Source of the DNA: Bacteroidales bacterium
GTDB taxonomy: Bacteria; Bacteroidota; Bacteroidia; Bacteroidales; VadinHA17
Reading direction: 5' to 3'
NCBI GenBank assembly: GCA_021163295.1
Contig: JAGGXD010000023.1
Location: forward strand, 12,370 to 76,369
DNA length: 64,000 nucleotides
The notes under the pieces are model-generated. The model saw nothing but the letters and a program-made list of their open reading frames with translations. It was not told the DNA's origin and searched no databases. Shown here in pieces: positions 58,841-64,000 of the stretch; positions within the stretch are counted from its first letter, which is position 1, and each line of letters starts with the position of its first letter. A program made the translations under genes and the position numbers.

Positions 58841-60100
58841 GTGAAACTTGATGTATTATTAGGCCTCCAGTGGGGAGATGAAGGCAAGGGTAAAATTGTT
58901 GATGTGCTATCTCCTGAATATGATACTATTGCACGCTTCCAGGGTGGACCAAATGCGGGTCATACTCTCGAAATAGGCAAAATCAAACATATACTTCACA
59001 ATATCCCTTCAGGCATATTTCATAAGGAGAAGGTAAATATTATTGGTAACGGTGTAGTACTCGATCCGATTATTTTTCAGGAAGAAGTTGAATCATTAAA
59101 AAAGTTTGGAATTGATGTCAAACAAAATCTTCTCATCTCAAAAAAGGCACACCTGATATTGCCAACCCATAAAATTCTTGATGCCGCATCTGAAGCAGCA
59201 AAAGGAAAATCAAAGATAGGGTCAACCCTGAAAGGTATCGGTCCTACATATATGGATAAAACCGGACGTAACGGATTGAGGGTTGGAGATATTATTAAGG
59301 GTTTCAAGGAAAAATATTCAGCCCTGCGAAAAAAACATGAAGGACTCCTGAAATTGTATACATATGAATACGAACTTGATGAGATTGAAAATAAATGGTT
59401 TGAATGTATAGAACTTCTTAAAGAATTTAAGATAGTTGATTCTGAACATCTTGTTAACAAGTTAATCAAAAACGGTAAATCTATTCTTGCTGAAGGAGCC
59501 CAGGGAACAATGCTTGATATCGAATTCGGTTCATATCCTTTTGTAACATCATCAAATACTATTTGTGCCGGAGCATGCACAGGGCTGGGTGTTTCACCCC
59601 AAACTATCGGTGAAGTATTCGGGATATTCAAAGCATATTGTACACGGGTCGGCAGTGGTCCGTTTCCAACCGAACTAACTGATGATACAGGAAATAGATT
59701 GAGAAAAAAAGGTGCTGAATTCGGTTCTACAACTGGTCGTCCAAGAAGATGTGGCTGGATTGACCTGGTTGCCCTTAAGTATTCTATAATGCTCAACGGG
59801 GTTACACAACTTATTATGACCAAAGCCGATGTTCTGTCAGATTTTGAAACAATAAAAGTTGCTACAGCTTACAAGATAAATGGAAATATTGTCTATGATT
59901 TCCCCTTTGAAACAGATAATAATATTGAACCGATTTATATTGAATTGGCAGGTTGGAAAAAAGACATTTCAAATATAACAATCCCCGGTGAATTCCCCAC
60001 GGAACTGACAAATTATATCTCTTATCTGGAAAAGGAACTTAATGTGCCGGTTAGTTATGTTTCAGTAGGACCAAAACGAAATCAGATCGTTAAACTCTAA
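58841..60100 (+). CDS. purA: adenylosuccinate synthase
   Basis: GLQWGDEGKGKIVD P-loop, GPNAGHT and TTGRPRRCGW motifs. GTG start. Confidence 0.97.
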   Translation: MKLDVLLGLQWGDEGKGKIVDVLSPEYDTIARFQGGPNAGHTLEIGKIKHILHNIPSGIFHKEKVNIIGNGVVLDPIIFQEEVESLKKFGIDVKQNLLISKKAHLILPTHKILDAASEAAKGKSKIGSTLKGIGPTYMDKTGRNGLRVGDIIKGFKEKYSALRKKHEGLLKLYTYEYELDEIENKWFECIELLKEFKIVDSEHLVNKLIKNGKSILAEGAQGTMLDIEFGSYPFVTSSNTICAGACTGLGVSPQTIGEVFGIFKAYCTRVGSGPFPTELTDDTGNRLRKKGAEFGSTTGRPRRCGWIDLVALKYSIMLNGVTQLIMTKADVLSDFETIKVATAYKINGNIVYDFPFETDNNIEPIYIELAGWKKDISNITIPGEFPTELTNYISYLEKELNVPVSYVSVGPKRNQIVKL

Positions 60101-61475
60101 GTTTGTTCGGCAACTCAATCCCATATCCTGAAACTTTATCCTCTCTTTTCAGCAGGATTGCAAATACCAATCCAATCATTCCTAAAATAACAAGGAACAG
60201 TATAGTAAACTTGTAATCATAAACTGTCTCCCCTGCTTGTACTGCTTCAGCCGAAATTCCCTGGTTGGTTTTATCAAGGATTACACCCATAAGAACAGGA
60301 ATAAGCATCAGTCCAAAATTTTGTATAGTGAACATTGTTCCATATGCTGTTCCCAGCCTGGATTCATGAACAATTTTTGCCACTGCCGGCCACATAGCAG
60401 CCGGAACAAGTGAAAAGGCTACACCTAAAAAGAACATTGGAATATAAGGAAGGATATTTGTCAGGGAAAGTGTTAGAAAAACGACAATAAGTAATATTGA
60501 GCCCAGTATCATGAGTGATGCACTTTTGCCCTTAAAGTCGCACCACCAACCAAATATTGGTGTAAATATCACTGTTCCAAATGGCAAAATTGTTACGATC
60601 ATAGCACTGGTATCCTCCGGCATACCGAACTTATTATAAAGAAGATCGGAGGCATAAGGCATGAACGGAAAAACCGCTGAGTAAAATGTAAGACAGAGAA
60701 GTGTAATATAAATAAAGGATTTATTGGTAAACAATTTAATTAACTCCTTAAAATTCAGTCCTTTTTCCAGAGCCTCAGTGGAATACTCCATAATTTGTCT
60801 ATCGTATCTTATGTCAAGCACAACAAAGAAAATAAACCCCATCAGCGCAATAAGCATCAGGATCAAACCAAACCAACCGGCAGCAGTCCAGCCAAAATCA
60901 ACACTCACCAGTCTCGGCGAAAGCATCAGGGCACCAGCTGTTCCAAATCGTCCAAACGCCAAACTTATAGCAAATGCCAATGCAAGTTCTTTCCCCTTGA
61001 ACCACTTAGCAATTACCTTATTAATAGTCACATAGAAAGTCTCTGCTCCAAGACCAAACAATATTCTCCCAAATATCATCATCTTCAATTCCGGTGAATA
61101 TTTATCCATAAAAGCATTAAAAAAGTTATACCCGAAAGACCCTGGTTTAAAAATATCACTCGCCCCGTATGCAACTCCTACTGTTCCAATAATCATAAAC
61201 CCAAGAAAAAGAAAACCCGTCTTTCTTATCCCCCAACGGTCAAGAATAACACCACCAAAAAAAGCCATTAATAATATTGAGTTAGTAAAAGAATATGCAC
61301 CATACATAGTCCCATACTCCACATTCGAAAGGCCAACTTCGGTCTGCAAAATGGTTTTAACAGATGAATAAACATCATAAAAATAATAGCTGGAAAACAT
61401 AACTATGCTAATCAAAATCAGTGCAAACCATCTAATAAATGGAGAATCTTTAAGTGTTCGGATTGGTTCAGTCAT
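60090..61475 (-). CDS. MFS transporter
   Basis: About 12 TM helices and a DRWGIRKTG-type loop motif. ATG at 61475 preferred over the TTG at 61496. The 3' end overlaps purA by 11 nt (convergent). Confidence 0.8.
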   Translation of the reverse strand: MTEPIRTLKDSPFIRWFALILISIVMFSSYYFYDVYSSVKTILQTEVGLSNVEYGTMYGAYSFTNSILLMAFFGGVILDRWGIRKTGFLFLGFMIIGTVGVAYGASDIFKPGSFGYNFFNAFMDKYSPELKMMIFGRILFGLGAETFYVTINKVIAKWFKGKELALAFAISLAFGRFGTAGALMLSPRLVSVDFGWTAAGWFGLILMLIALMGFIFFVVLDIRYDRQIMEYSTEALEKGLNFKELIKLFTNKSFIYITLLCLTFYSAVFPFMPYASDLLYNKFGMPEDTSAMIVTILPFGTVIFTPIFGWWCDFKGKSASLMILGSILLIVVFLTLSLTNILPYIPMFFLGVAFSLVPAAMWPAVAKIVHESRLGTAYGTMFTIQNFGLMLIPVLMGVILDKTNQGISAEAVQAGETVYDYKFTILFLVILGMIGLVFAILLKREDKVSGYGIELPNKLRV

Positions 61476-61640
61476 TTTGTTTATTTGTATTATCAAAAAT
61501 CAAAAATAAGATAATAATCAATGGCTTCAAATTTGTATTTCATAATATATATAAGCTGTATTTAAAAATGCGTTATCTATTGACAATAAAACATTTTTTT
61601 TGTAAATTTAAGGGCAAGAAATAATTAAAATTCACTACCC

Positions 61641-62333
61641 ATGGCTACAAAAATTGATTTGGCAAAGTATGCACGTGATCGTCTGCAAAAAAGGGAGCAA
61701 AATAAAACCGGTTCTGGTCCGGGACCGGTAATTACAATCTCCCGTGAGTTCGGGTGTCCGTCAAAAAAAATTGCAAGCGATCTTACCGATGCAATAAATA
61801 CAAAAAGAAAAAAAGACAAGTGGTATTGGGTAAGTAAAGAGATACTTGCCGAATCAGCTGATCAGCTCGGTTTGCACCCTGATGAGATAAAATACGTGTT
61901 TGACTATAAAAAGAAAGGTATTGTTGAGGAAATTATTGCAGCACAATCAAAAAAATATTACAGAAGCGACAAAAAGATCAGGAATACAATAGGCAAAGTA
62001 ATAAAAAGAATTGCCGAAACAGGAAACGTTATAATTATCGGAAGAGGAGGAGCAGCTATTGCAAATGATATCAAAAACAGCCTGCATATTAAATTAATAG
62101 CAGACATAAAATGGAGAGCGAAGAATGTTGGAAAAATACGCGATATGAATATTGATGATGCAATAAAATTTACTCTTGATTATGACAAAAAACGAAAAAT
62201 ATTTCTTGACTATTACTGGGGGGAAACTTCAGACTACTCCATCTTTGATTTGATCTACAACTGTAACACAATGTCCAGTGAAGAAATTGTAACATCAATT
62301 ATCCATATGCTTGAAAGAAGAAAAATTCTTTAA
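61641..62333 (+). CDS. cytidylate kinase-like family protein
   Basis: VITISREFGCPSKKIA and IIIGRGGAAI motifs typical of this family. Confidence 0.7.
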   Translation: MATKIDLAKYARDRLQKREQNKTGSGPGPVITISREFGCPSKKIASDLTDAINTKRKKDKWYWVSKEILAESADQLGLHPDEIKYVFDYKKKGIVEEIIAAQSKKYYRSDKKIRNTIGKVIKRIAETGNVIIIGRGGAAIANDIKNSLHIKLIADIKWRAKNVGKIRDMNIDDAIKFTLDYDKKRKIFLDYYWGETSDYSIFDLIYNCNTMSSEEIVTSIIHMLERRKIL

Positions 62334-62352
62334 CCCGGCGGCTTCATCCGAT

Positions 62353-62823
62353 TTATTCGTCAATATAAACCCAGGCATCAATCTGAACTGTATCCTTAAA
62401 TCGTTCAAGATCCAACACGGCATCCTTCATGTTATCATATCTCCTGGCAGAAACAAGATTAAACTCATTGTCAGCTTTAAGTATTTCCGTACCGTAACCA
62501 ATTGAATTATAATAAACTGACCATTCATCAGCAAACTGAGGAGTTATAAAACTCCCAACAACAATGTGATACTTAAATCGAGCTAGCCTTTCAAGTCTCT
62601 CCTGCTCAGCTCCATTTATTGAATCCTGCCTGGCCTGCTCTATTGCCTTTTGCAGTGCAATAACTTTACTGAGCGAATCAGCAATATGAATACTATCCTG
62701 TTTTCTCAGATAAGCATCCATTGTGTCAACATTTTTTAGACCAAACCAACCTTTTTCCTTTACAAATTTGCAGGATGAAAATGAAACTAAAATTGCAAAC
62801 AAAATAAAAATTAACTTTTTCAT
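62353..62823 (-). CDS. lipoprotein with a C-terminal SPOR-like domain
   Basis: Lipobox SFSSC. YHIVVGSFITPQFADEW...FNLVSARRYDNMKDA resembles a SPOR repeat. Confidence 0.5.
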   Translation of the reverse strand: MKKLIFILFAILVSFSSCKFVKEKGWFGLKNVDTMDAYLRKQDSIHIADSLSKVIALQKAIEQARQDSINGAEQERLERLARFKYHIVVGSFITPQFADEWSVYYNSIGYGTEILKADNEFNLVSARRYDNMKDAVLDLERFKDTVQIDAWVYIDE

Positions 62824-63007
62824 GTAATTCCTTCTTTATATTGGTAGTAACTAAAGACAAAAATAACTATTTGATATTCATTTACCTAATAGAGAAAACA
62901 TTTTTTTCATTTTAAGCTTTTCCGAGTTCCGGGTTTCTTATTTTTCATTATTCCAGTATTCCATCTTTTTCGTATCTTGCAATAATGTTGACAAATCAAT
63001 CATTACA

Positions 63008-64000
63008 ATGAAAACAATCATACAGTTCTTCGAAGAAAGCGTAAACAAATTTTCTGATAATGTTTTTATGTGGGAGAAAAATGGTGATAAATACGAAGGC
63101 GCTACATATGCGGAGATCAGGCATGAAGCCAGAAAATTCGGAGCCGGACTTATTTCCATCGGTATTAATAAGGGAGACAGGATCGGTTTGATCTCTGAAG
63201 GACGTAATGACTGGCTGATATGCGAGCTGGGAATACTATATGCAGGAGCAGTCAATGTTCCAATGTCTGTTATGCTTACGGAACCATCTGAAATAAAATT
63301 CAGACTGGAACATTCCGGATCAAAAATGGTTATTACTTCCGGCAACCAGGCACAAAAATTAATAACTATTAAGCATGAACTGAAAGACCTTAAGAAAGTA
63401 ATTATATTAGATAATGAAATAAATCCTGAAGAAAAAGATATCTTATACTCAGATATTAAAATAAAAGGAGAGGAATATCTTGCAGACAAAAGCGAAGAGT
63501 TTGATAAAAGATGGCAATCATTAATTCCCGATGATTATGCCAATATCTGTTATACTTCAGGAACCACTGCCGACCCGAAAGGTATAATACTATCGCATAA
63601 AAATTATGTGATAAATGTTGAACAGGCATATACCATTATGCATATACCATCTGAATATTGCACATTGCTTATACTACCATGGGATCATTCTTTTGCACAC
63701 ACAGCAGGATTATATAGTTTTATGGGAAAAGGAGCAAGCATTGCATCTGTTAAAGTTGGAAAAACAGGATTTGAAACACGAAAAAATATACCGGGAAATA
63801 TTAAAGAGATCAAACCCAGCCTTCTTATGAGTGTTCCTGCACTGGCAAAAAACTTCAGGAAAAATATCGAAAAGAATATCAGTGCCAAAGGACCGGTTAT
63901 TGAAAAACTATTTAACCACGCCTTAAAAATAGCCTATTCATACAATAAAGAAGGCATTAATAAAGGGAAGGGACTCCAGAAACTTAAAAAACCACTCCTT
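63008..64000 (+). CDS. long-chain acyl-CoA synthetase (AMP-binding), 3' partial
   Basis: An ATG at 63008 opens a frame that runs without a stop to the window end (331 codons): MKTIIQFFEESVNKF...ICYTSGTTADPKGIILSHKNY (AMP-binding motif I). It is absent from the ORF track because it has no stop codon in the window. Confidence 0.85.
   Translation, partial: MKTIIQFFEESVNKFSDNVFMWEKNGDKYEGATYAEIRHEARKFGAGLISIGINKGDRIGLISEGRNDWLICELGILYAGAVNVPMSVMLTEPSEIKFRLEHSGSKMVITSGNQAQKLITIKHELKDLKKVIILDNEINPEEKDILYSDIKIKGEEYLADKSEEFDKRWQSLIPDDYANICYTSGTTADPKGIILSHKNYVINVEQAYTIMHIPSEYCTLLILPWDHSFAHTAGLYSFMGKGASIASVKVGKTGFETRKNIPGNIKEIKPSLLMSVPALAKNFRKNIEKNISAKGPVIEKLFNHALKIAYSYNKEGINKGKGLQKLKKPLL

Noticed and set aside
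60090-60100. 11-nt convergent overlap of the purA and MFS transporter 3' ends.
   Set aside because: Small convergent overlaps are common in compact genomes, and no associated structure was seen.
62938-63489. 183-aa minus-strand ORF from the track.
   Set aside because: It is antisense to a + strand frame that carries an unmistakable AMP-binding acyl-CoA ligase sequence (YTSGTTADPKG). Its own translation is low-complexity S/I/F-rich sequence.
1-64000. Search for CRISPR arrays, tRNA/rRNA genes, integrases, transposases and prophage genes.
   Set aside because: The tandem repeats found are 6-9-nt units with no spacers. No T-loop-type GGTTCGAATCC with an acceptor stem context was seen outside coding sequence. 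No recombinase-like protein is present in the six-frame track.

Overview
This is an AT-rich chromosomal segment; hand counts on sample 60-nt lines give about 28-38% G+C in most genes. Its content fits an anaerobic Bacteroidota (Bacteroidales-like) genome: an rseC-rnfBCDGEA-apbE operon, exbB-exbD-tonB, tamB, a T9SS type-B C-terminal-domain protein, and TAnnTTTG -7 boxes in front of several genes. About 62 protein genes are supported. Most are housekeeping genes (recG, tsaD, glyA, purA, a RelA/SpoT enzyme, cysH, a Fur-like regulator, two tandem ClC channels). I saw no rRNA, tRNA, CRISPR array, integrase or transposase. Two genes run off the window edges and are missing or truncated in the ORF track: an OstA-like gene at the 5' end and an acyl-CoA ligase gene at the 3' end. 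The most unusual locus is a four-gene minus-strand cassette at 27164..30044. It encodes a RecB/NucS-like PD-(D/E)xK nuclease, a 208-aa orphan ending in an SSB-like acidic tip (EEDDLPF), and two divergent DUF488 proteins. I propose it as a candidate uncharacterised nucleic-acid conflict or repair system. Other points worth a second look:
- a ~55% G+C BNR/sialidase-fold gene embedded in an exported glycan-processing cluster
- a MacB/LolA-like envelope operon containing a signal-peptide-bearing NifX-like protein
- a ~180-nt inverted-repeat-bounded element in a 560-bp intergenic region
- a dispersed AATCAGTC..AGTCCACAGTCGGCA intergenic element
- short strand-asymmetric tandem micro-repeats with 6-9 nt periods in many intergenic spacers
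All functional calls come from by-eye motif recognition. No database search was run.
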